Shown: positions 11,750 through 25,469 of the stretch, piece by piece
Layout of the letters: every line of letters starts with the position of its first letter
How positions within the stretch are numbered: the stretch's first letter is position 1
NCBI RefSeq assembly: GCF_902713615.1
Contig: NC_052167.1
Span: 2,790,001 to 2,854,000 of the forward strand
Origin: Scyliorhinus canicula
Taxonomy: Eukaryota
DNA length: 64,000 nt
Reading direction: 5' to 3'
Made by a program: the position numbers and the translations under genes
The notes under the pieces: model-generated
Database searches by the model: none
Told to the model about the DNA's origin: nothing
Seen by the model: only the letters and a program-made list of their open reading frames with translations

Positions 11750-14480
11750 ATGTAGAGCAACAAGCCCAGAGAATCCTGGACACCAGGAATATTCAGGGCG
11801 GAATAAGAAAGAAAAGAGGTTTTTAAGCAGGTAAAAAGGGAGCAAATCAGTAGTGGCCTTAGTGGGATATGGAAAGTGCAGGTGTGAACTTTAAAAAGCA
11901 ATTAGGAGAGCAAAGAGAGTGCAGGAAAAAACATTGTGGCTAAGATTAGGGAGAATCCAAAGATATTCTGTAAGTATATTAAGGGAAAGCATAGGTACCA
12001 AGGGGAAATCTGTGCATAGAGTCGGAGGACATCGGTAGGGTGTTAAACGAATACTTCTCATGTGTCTTGTGCTTCACTCGGGAGGAGAATGTAGGTACAG
12101 AATTTGAGGAGAGGGACTGTGTGGTTCTTGAACAGTTTAACATAGGGAGTGAGGAGGTATTGGGGAGGCATTGGCATAGGGGTGTCGTCACTGGATTTGT
12201 GATCCAGGGTAACGTTCTGGGGACCTGGGTGCGAATCCCACCAGGTCAGATGGTGGAGTTTTAATTCAATAAAAATAAAGTTTTGAATTAAAAGTTTAAT
12301 GACGACAATGAAATCATTGTCAATTGTCATTAAAAACCCATCTAATGTCCTTTAGGGAAGGAAATCTGCCGTCCTTAGCCGGTCTGGCCTACACGTGACT
12401 CCAGACTCAGAACAATATGATTGACTCTTCAATGCCCTCAGGGATGGGCATGGCCCAGCTGGCGATGCCCACGTATCATGAACAAGTTTTTAAAAAAAAT
12501 TGGAGGTTTTGGCAGGCTTAAAAGTGGACAAATCCCCCAGATCCGGGGGTTGTATCCAAGGCTGCTGTGGGAGGCAAGGGAGGAAATTTTTAATTTCTCT
12601 CGGGCCACAGGGGAGGTGCCAGAGGATTGGAAGACAGCTAATGTGGTTCCATTTTCAAGAAGGGCGGTAGAGATAAACCAGGGAATTATAGTGAGTCTCA
12701 CATCAGTGGTAGGGAAACTATTGCAGAAAATATTGAAGGAGAGAACTAATCTTCATTTGGAGAGGCCACGTTTTATAATCAGCATGGCCTGGTCATGCCT
12801 AACAAATGTAATATTTCAAAGACGTGATCGGGTAGATGAGGGTAGTGCAGTTGATGTAGTTCATGTGGATTTCATATGGACCTTTGATAAGGCCCCACAT
12901 GAAAGACTGATAAAGAAAGTAAAAGCACATGGGATCCAGGGTGACTTGTCAAGTTGGATCCAGAACTTGCTTAGTGGTGGGAGACAGAGGGTGGGCTAGA
13001 AGTTTGTTTGCGTGTTAGAGGTCGGTGTCTAGTTGCATACCACAGGGATCAGTGTGAGATGCCTAATTGTTCATGATATATATATATATATATACACACA
13101 TATATATATATGGATGATAAGTAAGTTTGCAGATGACACAAAGATTGGCAGGATAGAGAATAATGAGGAAGAAGGTCTTAGGTTGCAGGAAGATATGGAT
13201 GGGCTGGTCAGATGGGTGGATTAATGGAAGTTGGAATTCAACCCTGAAAAGTGTGAGATGATGCACTTTGGGAGGAATAACAAGAAAAGGAGGTACTCAA
13301 TGAATGGCAGGACACTAGCAAGCTCAGAGGAATTTTGGGATGCTTGCCCACAGATACCTGAAAGAAGCAGGACAAGTTAGTAGGGTGGTTAAGAAGACAT
13401 ATGGGACACTTGCTTTTATCAGTCGTGGCACAGATTATAAGAACAGAGAGGTTATGTTGGAGCTGTACAAAGTTTTGGTTAGCTGGAGTGCTGTGTACAG
13501 TTCTGATTTCCTCACCATAGGAAGGATGTGATTGCACTGGAGGGGGTGCAAAGGAGATTCACCAGGATGTTGCCTGGGCTGGAGCATTTGAGCTATGATG
13601 AGCGGCTGGATAGAACCATCAAATTAGTACAGTGCAGAAAGAGGCCATTTGAACCATCGAGTCTGCACTGACCCTCTGAAAGAGCACTCTACCGAAGCCC
13701 ACTCCACCACCCTATCCACATAACCCCACCTAACCTGCACATCTTTAGACTCTGGGAGGGTCCGAGCACCCGGAGGAAACCCACACAGATATGGGGAGAA
13801 AGTTCAAACTCCGCACAGTCACCCAAGGCTGGAACGGAACCAGTGTCCCTGATGCTATGAGGCAGCAGTGCTAACCACTGTGCCGCGCTTGGCTTTCTTT
13901 AGAGCAGAGAAGGCTGAGGGGCGAGGGGAAAAGATCATGGGTCAATAATGAGGGATCGTAACTTTAAATTGAGCGGCAGTGAGGTTTCGAGGGGATTTGA
14001 GGAAATATCTTGTAACCCAGAGGTGGATGGGTGTCTAGAATGCACTGGCTGTGAGGGTAGGAGAGGCAGGAAATTTCACAACTTTTAAATGTATCTAGAT
14101 GAGTACTTGAAAAGTCTTAAGATTGCAGGTTTATGGAGGGCAGCACGGTGGCGCAGTGGTTTGCACTGCAGTCTCACGGCGCCAAGGTCGCGGGTTCGAT
14201 CCCGGCCCTGGGTCACTGTCCGTGTGGAGTTTACACATTCTCCCCGTTTTTGCGTGGGTTTCACCCCCACAACCTAAAGATGTGCAGGGTAGGTGGATTG
14301 GCCACGCTAAATTGCCCCTTAATTGTAAAGAATGAATTGGGTATTCTTTAAATTTATTTTTAAAAGATTGAAGGCAATGGGCCAAATGCTGGAAAGTGGG
14401 ACTAGCGCAGATTTAGTGTAGCTTTGTTGGTGCAGACTCAATGAGTCAAGGGGCCTCTTCTGCACTGTTTGACTCAATGC
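11750..14480 (+). mobile_element. Degenerate CR1 LINE ORF2 and 3' end with nested SINEs
   Basis: VPEDWKTANVVP, SLTSVVGKLL, DF..TFDKAPH..L and SKFADDTKIG motifs. Interrupted by SINEs at ~12165-12490, 13610-13888 and 14138-14362. Confidence 0.88.
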
Positions 14481-15456
14481 ACCTAGGAAATTTATCCTCT
14501 TCTCAGTTCTAAATTATCGATTCCTTGGGTCAATTGACGGATCGTGGGAGCTTGCAAATTAACTGCCACGTTTCTGGGAAGTCAAAGTGATGTGTTTTAT
14601 GGATTGCTCTTTGGGACCTTCTGAGAGACAAGACAAAGCACAGTCTAAGATCAAGTCTTTCCTCATAATACTGTTTTCCGGTAGTTATTTTCTCAAAGGA
14701 GATTATCCATATAAATAATGGATAGTTCAAATACATTTTAAGAACAGCTTTGTACACGTTCAGTACCTGGTACCGTAAATCAGGGACATGACATTTGAAG
14801 CCTAAACTATTGCTGAATTCAGTAAATAATTAGAATGCACACAGGTCAAAAGGATTGGCTCCAAAGGTTGCCCAAGGATTCCTTGGCTGGCTAAGTCAAG
14901 ATTCATTTATTAACAGTTCAGTCTCTGGTTGAAAAGTACCTCAGATTTGAAAAACAAGAACAACCGATGTCAGCACCCACATTGCAAGACTTTTTAATTG
15001 AATCAAGAGGAATTTTCTTCAGAGGACAATAATTTTTTTTAATTTTCTATAGCACCTGTCACTGTCTCCAAAGCTCCCGTAGCCAGTTAAGTACTTTGGA
15101 AGTGTAATCAATGCTATAATGTAGGCTTTGTAACAATTAGGAAATGTAGTAATATAGGAATGTTAAGCCAAATTAATGGCCTTTTTTCTCGCTCTCATTT
15201 ATTTCTCTTTATGTTTATAACTTGAACTTCCTGACTTCTTTACAAGTTGCTGTTCACTCCATTTAGTGATGCAGCCTGCTGGTAGACACTCATTTCTGGT
15301 CGAAGAGACGGGACCTGTGAAGATTTAAGGACATTGGAAGATTCACGATGAACGGACACTAGGAAGTAGAGCATCAGAGGGATCTTGGTGTGAAGGTCCA
15401 TAGGTCCTTAAAGGCACCAGGATAGGAAGGTAAGGTGGTTAAGAAGGCTTATGGGA

Positions 15457-16051
15457 ACCATGTTCACATGTTTTGGGCATGCCCTGAGCTGAGGGGGTAC
15501 TGGGAGGGATTTGCGGGGGTCATGTCCCAGGTGCTAAAAACAAGGGTGGTGATAAGTCCAGGGGTGGCAATTTTTGGGGTTTCGGAAGACCCGGGCGTCC
15601 AGGGGGAGAAAGAGGCCGATGTGTTGGCCTTTGCTTCCCTGATAGCCCGGCGACGAATATTATTGGCGCGGAGGGACTCAAAGCCCCTGAATACTGAGTG
15701 GTGGCTTGCGGACATATCGAGTTTCCTGGGGATGGAAAAAATTAAGTTCGCCTTGAGGGGATCTGTGCAGGGGTTCACCCGGAGGTGGCAACCATTTATT
15801 GACTTCTTTGCGGGAGAGTGAGCGTCAGCAGGGGGTTGGGGGGAGGGGGGGGGGGGTAGAGTAGAGTAGGAGGGAAAATATGGCGGGTAGTACCGGTGGG
15901 AGGGGAGCGGGCTTGTGCAATATGTTACGATGGAAGTATTGAAAGTACGTGGATGTTTGCACATTTTTGCCTTTTTTGCTTCCTTTCTGATGATGTCTGT
16001 AACTGTTTATAAAGCCAAAAACTACCTCAATAAAATTGTTTATTAAAAAAA
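15457..16051 (+). mobile_element. 5'-truncated L1/Tx1-clade LINE 3' end (related family), inserted in a CR1
   Basis: NHVHMFWACP...LAFASLIARRRILL, AATAAA and A-tail. 16-bp TSD aagaaggcttatggga at 15441-56 and 16052-67. Confidence 0.9.
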
Positions 16052-16194
16052 AAGAAGGCTTATGGGATACTTGTCTTTATTAGCCGAGGCACAGAGTATG
16101 AGCAGAGAGGTTATGATGGAGCTGTATTAAACGCGTGTTAAGCCACAGCTAGAGTACTGTGTGCAATTCTGGTCGCCACAGTACTTACTTCTTC

Positions 16195-16508
16195 AGAACT
16201 TACTTACTTCTTCCATCGGGCAGGAGATACAGAAGTCTGAGAACACGAACAAACAGACTCAAAAACAGCTTCTTCCCCACTGTCACCAGACTCCTAAATG
16301 ACCCTCTTATTGACTGACCTCATTAACACGACACCCTGCATGCTTCATCCGATGCCAGTTCTTATGTAGTTACATTGTATATCTCGTGTTGCCCTATTAT
16401 GTATTTTTTTAAATTCTCTTTTCTTTTCATGCACTTAATAAGCTGCTCGCAGAAAAATACTTTTCACTGTACCTCGGTACACGTGACAATAAACAAATCC
16501 AATCCAAT
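16195..16508 (+). mobile_element. Rex1/Babar-like LINE 3' end
   Basis: Translates to LLPSGRRYRSLRTRTNRLKNSFFP. Ends gtgacaataaa + (aatcc)n, with ccacagta on both sides. Confidence 0.75.
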
Positions 16509-19490
16509 CCACAGTATAGGAAGGATTTGATTGGGCTAGAGAGGGTGCAGAGGAGGTTCACCAGGATGTTGTCTGGGCTGGAGAGTTTCAGTTATGAAGA
16601 GAGGCTGGTTAGACTGGGGTTGTTCTCCTTAAGAACGGAGAAGGCTGAGGAGGAAAACCTGATTGGGGTGTACAAAATTATGAGGGGCATCAATATGGTA
16701 GATAGGAAGAACCTTTCCCCTCAATAACCAGGTGGCATAGATTGAAGGTAAGTGGCAGGAGATTTAGAGGGGATTTGAGGAAAAGGATTTTCATCCAGGG
16801 AGATGGGAATCTGGAACTCGTTGCCTGAAAGGGTGGTAGAGGCGGGAAGCCTCACAGCATTTAAGAAGCATTTAGATGAGCACTTGAAACACCAGAGCAT
16901 ACAAGGACACAGACCAAGTGCTGGAAAATGGGATTCAAATAGACAGATGCTTGATGGCTGGCGCAGACACGATGGACTGCATTTCTGTGCTGTAAGACTC
17001 TATGACTATGATTTGCCAACACTGAGGCTGGGAGAAGGAGTCAGAATGCACCTTGCTGCTGGAATTAAGTTCAGGACTTCTCAGAAAACTTAGGTGAAAC
17101 AACTTTTGACAAGACACTGGACATTCTGGGCAGGAGTTTCTGGTCGCGCCCGCCCTGGAAATTCACGCTAGAGATCAACTGAACTTTATATTGGGCCGTC
17201 AAAGTTTCTATCTTGCCCGTGATGATTCCCACAGTGGGCGGGAGCAGAAAAGTTACCCCTATGACTCCGAAATGGGGAGAAGCGAGCCTGTTAGCAGCTG
17301 GGATTGTCCTGTAAAAACTACAATTCTTCAGAGTGCACGGTGTAAAGCACAAACAACCTGTGAGGTTTTTGCTTGTGCTGGGAAGTCAAGGTGAGGGGGG
17401 GGGGGGGGGGGGGGCAGTAGTTTAGTGTTTTAGTTGCCAACAAAGCAATATTTATTCCACGTTGATTTTAGCTTGCTTGTTAGAGGAGAAGTCTTAAAAA
17501 CGCAAAATCTTGTCAAGTGACCCTTTTGGGAATTCAAATCTCTCCTTAAAAGTTGTTGGTCTCTATTGGGATTGTAGCAACGCTCTACTACCTCTCTACA
17601 CCTAGTTCAAAATCTTACATCCTTGTCAATATGTGATCGACATAAAAAAATAAAACACCAAGCATCTACATAGTATCCCCAAAGCAAACGGAGGGCTATT
17701 TTTCTGCATCATTTGAAGGTTGCATTCCTCTTTATTAATACTTTAAATTGGTCCAACAAGACTACGGAGGGAGAATAAATTGAAGCACAACTGTCCACAA
17801 AACTAAATAAAATGAATAAACTAAAATTAAAATGTTTCATCCTAATTTCAAATGGCAATTTCACTTCCATGGTGGATCGCAACTCAAACACCTTATCGCA
17901 CACGCTTACCACATTACCAGTTAAAGGAATCTGTTCTTTTTCAGCAAGTGGATATTATATTTATACAGGTGTTGAGATGCTGTGTGGACTGTCATTTCCA
18001 CACACCAAATGTGAACACTGATAAACTAAATGTCAGACTGTGCTATGATACAGTACAGATAAATGAGCACATTATTCACCAAACATTGCAGATTGTGTAT
18101 ACCTCACAGCTGTTATCCTTGTGCGTCAGAGATTGCAGCTTTCAATGTAAGAAACCAGGCTTGTTCGAACTTTTTGAAGTGATGCTAAGTCATTCATATA
18201 AAACGACTGAATAAACATGCTAATTGCACTGAATTGGAATTCCCCGTTATTTCCGGGAGTAGTGTGGCTGTAAGCACTGTTTACAGTACCTGTACTCTAC
18301 TGCATTCCTTGGTAATCATTATCCCAAATGATTTTCAAAATACCCAACATAAAATAAAGAGAGACTTTATTTGTAAACTTAAATGTTTTTATTTGCACTC
18401 AATTATCAATGGGCAGGATTCAATAGGTTTGTCACTTGGTTCCATTGCTGTGAAGAAATACAGCATTTTGTTACATGCTGTCGCAATGTTTCTTTGGAGA
18501 GGTTGAGATTGTGTCAGCATTTGAAATTGATCTCTGTACAGTTTCAACCCACCCATGGGGGGGGGGGGGGGGGGGGGGGGGTTGGCACATTAACCCCTCA
18601 CAGCCAGTGATAACTAAAAAGAGAAGGAGGCAATGCCACCTGAGGATATTTTAGAAGTCCTTACCTTTCACCCTGATGCCACCTCACTTGCCTAACAGCG
18701 CACGGGGTGATATGCTCACGGCTGGAACTTTCACAGGCACATGGTGAACCCCGTTTCTCTTCCTTGTGACAGCCTACATAGCAACTACTGCACTTTAAAA
18801 GGTGATTCATTGGGTTAAGCACCAAGGCAGAGATATATAAAAGGCACTCAAGAATATAATCGCTAATACAACATAAAATCACAACAGATAATATTTGCTT
18901 AAATATTTAACTGAATTTCATTTTAACTGGATTTAATTACTTAAATTGTGCGTATTGCTATTCAGTCCATACAAAACAAAAGATCAATCCTGATGATCTT
19001 TTTCAATAATTCTGGTTTATCATGTAATTACCCAAGTGCTTGATGCAGATGTATGTGGGGAAAATGATTTTAATTGCACATCATCACATCTGTATGTCAG
19101 CATCAATCCCCAAAACAACTGGTCTCAAACTCCAAGAAAACTAAAATTATAAGTAGCAATTTATGTAGATATTAGCAACCCCCTGCCATCGCATGGCAGA
19201 TCTTGTCACGTTTCTCACATTCCAGTCTCATTTGAGATTCATACATTGTGAACATATTCAGGGTTTTTTAACTGGTAATATATTTGCACGATGGACACTT
19301 CTCTCTGGCCCCGCTGTATAGAGGAGACAGATATTCCTCTTTATAAATGATAGAAACAAATCTGATGCAATGCACTTTTTTTTTTTGCAATGGTTTCATT
19401 GATAGCTGACCCACGTAACATGAAAATCACATTATAAAGAAACAGCAATCTGCATCAAACAGTCCCGCCAAATCCAGTGACTGCAGAATT

Positions 19491-19679
19491 TCAGCATGGC
19501 TGTTGCCTTTGGGTCCATTCCTTGATGAGTTGATGTGCTACAGCCCATGGGGGTGGAATGCAGAAGGGAACGTCGCCCATTTCTTTCCTGGTAGACATCC
19601 GTTTACGTTTTAAAGCTTCCGTGAGCGCCTCGGCATCAAACCAGCGGGCGTCCTCAAGTTCCGAGAGGTTCAGGTCGAT
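19491..19679 (-). CDS. NUDT13: NUDT13 last coding exon (189 nt; IDLNLSELEDARWF...IPPPWAVAHQLIKEWTQRQQPC*)
   Basis: Acceptor ctgcag|, phase 0, with TGA stop at 19491-19493. Contains ELE.A.WF and PP..A.AHQLIKEW. The summed CDS is 1023 nt, or 340 aa. Confidence 0.95.
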   Translation of the reverse strand: MDLNLSELEDARWFDAEALTEALKRKRMSTRKEMGDVPFCIPPPWAVAHQLIKEWTQRQQPC

Positions 19680-21419
19680 CTGCAGCCATAACAAATTGCA
19701 CATCAGTAATGTGGAATTACAACACTGGTGGTGAAAAAAGGAAAGGTCAAATACAACAATGATTCCAGAACTTTGCGAATTAACAAGGAGATGCAGGAGC
19801 CAGTCTGTAACAGTAGTTAAAGGTTAGAAATAATTGAAAACTAGCTGGTTCCCCGTGTGTTTGACTGTGTTAATGACTAGTGATGGAGTTACGATTGCCT
19901 GACAGGGGAAATATTTTCTGAATAAAGGCTATTTGCGGGCAGCACAGTGGCGCAGTGGTTAGCAGTGCTGCCTCACGGTGCCGAGGACCCAGGTTCGATT
20001 CTGGCCCCGGGTCACTGTCAGTGTGGAGTTTGCACATTCTCCCTGTGTCTGCGTGGCTCTCATCCCCACAACCCAAAAGGTTGTCCAGGGTAAGAGAAAA
20101 CCAAATTACTGCGGATGCTGGAATCTGAAACGAAAGGGAAAATGCTGGAAAATCTCAGCAAGTCTGGCAGCATCTGTAGGGAGATGTCCAGGGTAGGTGG
20201 ATTGGCCACCCTAAATTGCCCCCTAATTAGAAAAAAAGAATTGGGTACTCTTAAATTTATTTAAAACAAATAAAAAATTAAGGCTATTAGCTCCATATCT
20301 GTGCTAGAACAGCAGGATTTCCAATCAGTTTGTGAATTTGATATTAGCTGGCTGCCAATTATCCTCAAAATGTTATTAAATCTTAACATAAAATTAAAAA
20401 AAAGAACAATCAAGATAAGTATAAATAAGGATGAGCAACAAATCTCCGGTCTTGTCAGTGATATAGACATCCTAAGAATGAACAAAGTAGATTTGGTAAA
20501 TCTTTATGAGGGAGGCAACGGCAAGGAATCATAGAATCAGGACAGTACAGAAAGGTCATTTGGCTCATTGAGTCTGCATCGTCAGTTTGTAAGAGATCTA
20601 ATGCAATCCCATGAGACATTGTGATGCGAATCCCACCCGATGTGCGAGACAGGTAGTCTCATTTTAATGTGCAGATTCCTTAGTGACCCGAGGCTTGGGA
20701 TCATTCTCCTTCACCTTGGAGGACTTGGGCGAGATGGAATAGCACTCGTGGGGGTGTCCCAGGAGACCCTAGTTCCATGTCCTTTGGGCAGGATGGTACC
20801 CTGGCACTGCTGGTGCCATCTGGGTGCACTGGCATCGCCAAGGTGCCCAGGTGGCACTGCCAATTAGCAGGGGTACTGCCAGGGTGACCCTGCCAAGTTG
20901 GCAGTTTTTGTGCAGGTGTGATAGGGCCAGGAGTGCCTTGTGTGGGTATTGGGGGGGGGGGGGGGGGTGGCCTCGGTGATCGAGACACCATTTAAAAATG
21001 GCGGCCCGATCCCTCGCTATTCCTGATGAGTTTCGGCGAGCAGAGCTCCTCAATGTACAAAACGGGGCTATGTGCGGCCTCGGCCGCCCGTTCCCCGCGG
21101 AGGTCACTTATCAAACATAAGTCGTGCTTTATAGCCTTGTGTTTCTCCCCGCTGCAAGGACTGGGAAACATACAGCTAAAAGCGCTCACTATGGGACTTT
21201 GTTCCCGTTTAGTTAAATCACGACCAGTATGTCTAAAGAGCCTCGCAAACTGGATGAATGCACCACCAACGATGATGATCCAAGTCTCCAGAGTTAGATT
21301 AACATTGAGGCCCATGGTCACCAATGTCATCTTAGGGCATGGGACCTGGAGAAAGATATAATTAATGAACATGTTAGAAGATGATGGTATGTTTAGAAAA
21401 GTGTGCATCTTCACTCACT

Positions 21420-21780
21420 CAGTGGTTTACATTCATGTCAGAGTCAGAAAATTGTGGGTTCAAGTCCCATTCCAGAAACATGAGCACCAGATTTTGACTA
21501 GACTGTTGGAGGAAGCTCCATCTACGCTGGGCTGGAGTAAATAGATCTCTCAGAACTGTTTTGAAGAAGAGCAGGGGAGATCACCCTGGTGTTCTGGCCA
21601 ATATTTATTGCTCGACTAAAATCATTAAACCAAATTATCAGGTCACTATTTCATTGCTGCCTGTGGGAGCTTGCTGTGTGCAAATTGGTTGTTGTATTTC
21701 CTACATTACAACAATGGCTACACATCAATAATAACTGATTACAATGCCCTGAGGATATATAACTGCAAGTCCTACTTATA
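21420..21780 (+). mobile_element. DeuSINE-type (SacSINE1/AmnSINE1-like) SINE. Other decayed copies: ~3760-4100(-), 10040-10375(-), 34640-35050(+), 58560-58785(+), 60345-60535(+), 62640-62990(+), 63900-64000(-)
   Basis: Contains the block tttgaagaagagcagggga...cctggtgttctggccaatatt...cattgctg..tgtgggagcttgctgtgtgcaaattgg...ttcctacattacaaca. Confidence 0.7.
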
Positions 21781-22313
21781 AAGAATACAATGTTGCTGAA
21801 GGTCTGGGAAAATCTGGTTAAGCAGGAAGCAATTGCTGTCTGACCACAAAACTCAATGGCCAGCCCTCTCTTCCCAAGCAGTGAATTGTGTCTGAAGTTC
21901 CAATGTGATGTGCCATGGACAGAAGGATGCTGCATCACACTCACACAACCTCCTGTAGAGAGTTCCTCTTCTCATCTTCTAAAAGTGAGGCACTAAAAGT
22001 AGGGGCAAGGCCCTTGACACAGAGATCAAGGCAAATGGAGAGAACCGTTGCCACTCTTGTTAGGTGGTTGCTCAGAGAATCACTGGCAAAGCCACTGGGT
22101 ATGGTTGCCAGCTGACCTATTCAGTAGTATAGAAGGGAAGACAGAAAGAATATGAAATACACAAAACAAACAAACAAGACATTTCAGGGAAGGTACGGAA
22201 ATTTATTTTTTTTCCTACGCCATGCATGCCTTGGGATCTGGACATTAATCTGCAGAATCCTAACCCCTTTCACTCTGCTATCTCTGATCTCCACAAACGT
22301 GAACACAATTTAC

Positions 22314-22468
22314 CTTGTTCTGCCCTGGTTTCACCAGTGCATGGAATGCGATCATCAGGGAGCTATTAGGAAAGGGCCAGTGCTGGGATGCAGAATACTC
22401 CAATGAGGACACTTCCAAACCAACTTCCTCGGCGACTTCCCGGTGCACAGATTCCTCCACGGTTTCCC
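22314..22468 (-). CDS. NUDT13: NUDT13 coding exon 7 (155 nt; Nudix box [17 protein letters not shown] and SQHWPFPNS motif)
   Basis: Acceptor ctcccag| and donor AAG|gtaaat. Contains the Nudix signature and the SQxWPFPxS motif of NADH diphosphatases. Confidence 0.96.
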
Positions 22469-23819
22469 CTGGGAGAAGTGAAAAAGTTAATTAAGAATCG
22501 ACATACTGTGTGTGTGGGGGGTGGAAACAAAAATTGTTGCAAATCAGTCTTGAATGATGAGCCAGTCAGTGGAAGATACTCTAGTATTTTGGCCACTCTC
22601 TAGTACGTTTACTGTGAGTCAGCAGTCATACAGGGACTTGCTTTGAAGGTGGCCTGCAGATAAACAGGGAGCATTACACTCTCTCTTCAGCCTTTTTGTA
22701 TCACATTGGTGCTTGTGTAAAATCCTGAATCAAGGCATGTATCATCGGTGTATTCTATTACAGGATGTGGGTATCGCTGGCATGTCCATCCCTAATTGTC
22801 CTTGAACTGAGTGACTTGCCACGTCACGTCAAAGGGAAATCGAGAGACAACCACGTTGCTGTGGGTCTGGACTCACATGACAGCCAGGCCAGGTACGGAC
22901 GGCAGATTTCCTTTCCTAAACGACTTTAGTGAACCAGATATAGTTGTCATGGTTAACATTACTGAGACTACTGTTATATTCCACTCGCTGCCATGGTGCA
23001 TTGGGTCGGAGAATCCCCGGGGGGAGCGAATCCCGGCCCCGCCGCCGGCTTCCATATTCTCCGAGGCCGTTTTTCGGGTGCTGCCGGGATTCCCGCCATG
23101 CCGGTCAGGGGCTGTTGACAGCGCCCCCTCCGGCGATTCTCAGGGCCCCGATGGGCCGACGATGTTTGCTCAGTTCCGCCGCCGTGGATTACTAACCTCA
23201 CACACGGCGGGACCTGGAAGGTAAGTGTGTAGGCGCCGTCCTGGGGAGGGAGGGGGGCACCACACGGTGGTCTGACCCGCGATCGGGGCCTACCGATTGG
23301 CGGGTGGGCTGGTTCCGTGGGGGCCTACTTTACTCCGTGCCGGGCCCCTATAGGGCTCCGTCATATTGCCCGGGGGCCGGCGCAGAGAAGGGAAGCCCCG
23401 CACATGCGCGGGAATACACCGGCCAGTCCACGCATGCGCGAACACGCGCAGACCGTTCGCCGCAGGTTGGAGCTGCGGGGACCACTCCAGTGCCAACCTA
23501 GCCCCTGAGAAAAGGGATAATTCCTCACTTTCGGGGGCCATTGACGCCGGAGTGGTTGGCGCCGGATTTCACGCCGGCGTGGCGGACATAGCCCCATTAT
23601 TGGAGAACCCCGCCCATGGTGTCTGCAAAGCCTGCAGCAATCTCCAGAGGGATTTTTTGTTTTGAGAGGTAGAGCGAAATTAGTTGAAAAGTATTATGCG
23701 ACACATGAAAGAGTGTTAAACCCTATTTATTTAATCAGGTAAAAGAAGAAGTTATAAATGAGGGCTAATTAACTTAAAGGTCAGAGCTCCCTGCCAAAGG
23801 TGAGCTACTATACAGAACA

Positions 23820-24440
23820 AGTGGGAACCTATTCGACCTACGACGCCTCCAATCCAGAACCAAGATCACCCAACCTCGGTCATCAAACTGCAGTACGCTG
23901 ACAACGCTTGCTTATAGAGGTCAAGCTCCAAATTATTGTTGGCACATTCAAGAATAAGCCTTAGGTTAAACATCTGGAAAACAAAGGCCCTCTGCCAGCC
24001 TGCTTCCACTGTGCAACACTGCCCCCATCTATCAAATTCCACAGCAAACTATTGGATGGCACTGATCATTTCTCATAATTTAGTCGTCTTCTCTGAGTGA
24101 GGGCAGGCATTGACGATGAAACTCAACATCATCAACAGTGTGTCAGAGAAGCCTCAGCCATCTTAGGAAAAGTGTTCAAATGTCAAAGACTTCAAACACA
24201 GCACCAAGCTCATGGTTTACAGGACTGCAGTGTTACCTACTTGGAAAACAAAAACAGACACCTTAAATCCCTCGAGTAATATCACCAGTAATGCTTCCGC
24301 AAAATCCGAGAAACTCAATGGCAGAATAGGTGCTCGAATATCAGTGTCCTCTCCCAGGCCAACATCCCCACTATCAAGGCATTTTTTCTGGTTAATCAGT
24401 TACACTGGGTGGGCAACATCATCTGCATGCCTGACAGGAG
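23820..24440 (+). mobile_element. Degenerate RTE-clade LINE fragment
   Basis: LQYADNA, TKLMVYRTAVLPT and N.SVLSQANIPTI...L.WVG.I..MPD motifs across broken frames. Confidence 0.75.
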
Positions 24441-25074
24441 ATACAGTTACTGTGAAAAGCCCCTCGCCAGGTGGATTGGTCATGATAAATTGCCCTTAGT
24501 GTCCAAAATTGCCCTTAGTGTTGGGTGGGGTTACTGGGTTATGGGGATAGGGTGGAGGTGTTAACCTTGGGTAGGGTGCTCTTTCCAGGAGCCGGTGCAG
24601 ACTCGATGAACCGAATGGCCTCCTTCTGCACTGTAAATTCTATGATCTATGGTCACCACACTCCGGCACACAGAATGTCCAATTCACCTAACAAGCACGT
24701 CTTTCGGGACTTGTGGGGGGAAACCAGAACACCCGGAGGAAACCCACGGAGACATGGGGAGAACGTGCAGACTCCGCACAGACAGTGACTCAAGCGCGAA
24801 GCGAACCTGGGACCCTGAGCTGTGAAGCAACAGTGCTAACCACCGTGCTATCCGAGTGAGACGCCAAATAGGGGCCAGGTATTTCCACACGGGGAGACTG
24901 TTGACAAGGATTTCCTGACGGTATCTCCTCACAAGCAAATTAGAAAAGGCTTTTGGAAATAATTCAGATGATAGACCAAAAAATCCATCATATTAAAATC
25001 AAATTGGATCCCTTTTCTTTGCACAATCTTGCACATTACATTATCTGTAAGAATCTGTAAGAAAGGCCAATTAC

Positions 25075-25186
25075 CAATATCACAGAATCCAGCAAGGGCG
25101 CTGTACATTCCAGGAGGAAATGATTCCTGGCGTGCCAGCAGGCACTGTGCTCCGTCAGATACCAGCACAATGATCACAGGAGACAC
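25075..25186 (-). CDS. NUDT13: NUDT13 coding exon 6 (112 nt; VSPVIIVLVSDGAQCLLARQESFPPGMYSALAGFCDIG)
   Basis: Acceptor taacag| and donor G|gtaatt. Encodes the start of the Nudix fold (YSALAGF). Confidence 0.95.
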
Positions 25187-25469
25187 CTGTTAAATAAAGA
25201 GTCGCACAAAGTACCTTAGCAGATAGTTGTAGAAATGTTTGCCGTTGATTTAGAATTTTTAACAAACAGTAATAACAATTCAAAAACAGTAGTTGCTCCT
25301 TTGATAATCTGAATGTTTTGAATGGTAGCACCAGACATGGTTGTGGGTCACACAGCCCGAGAGGGAAGGGAGTGTCAATTCCCCCAGGTTGCATACCGTT
25401 AACTCAGGCTAAACAAGGAAATTAGTAAATGCATATATTACACAGTGCTTGGGTACAAGGAGATAATGT

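Larger units (their letters stand above)
15340..17010 (+). mobile_element. CR1 3' fragment containing L1 and Rex1 insertions
   Basis: LERVQRRFTRML and WNSLPERVVEA motifs, ending in a ctatgactatga tail. Confidence 0.85.

Noticed and set aside
19350-19493. NUDT13 ends Cys-TGA with a nearby ATGA...AAA...GA pattern, suggesting selenocysteine read-through
   Set aside because: The putative SECIS helix does not pair, and the stop falls at the normal NUDT13 C-terminal position.
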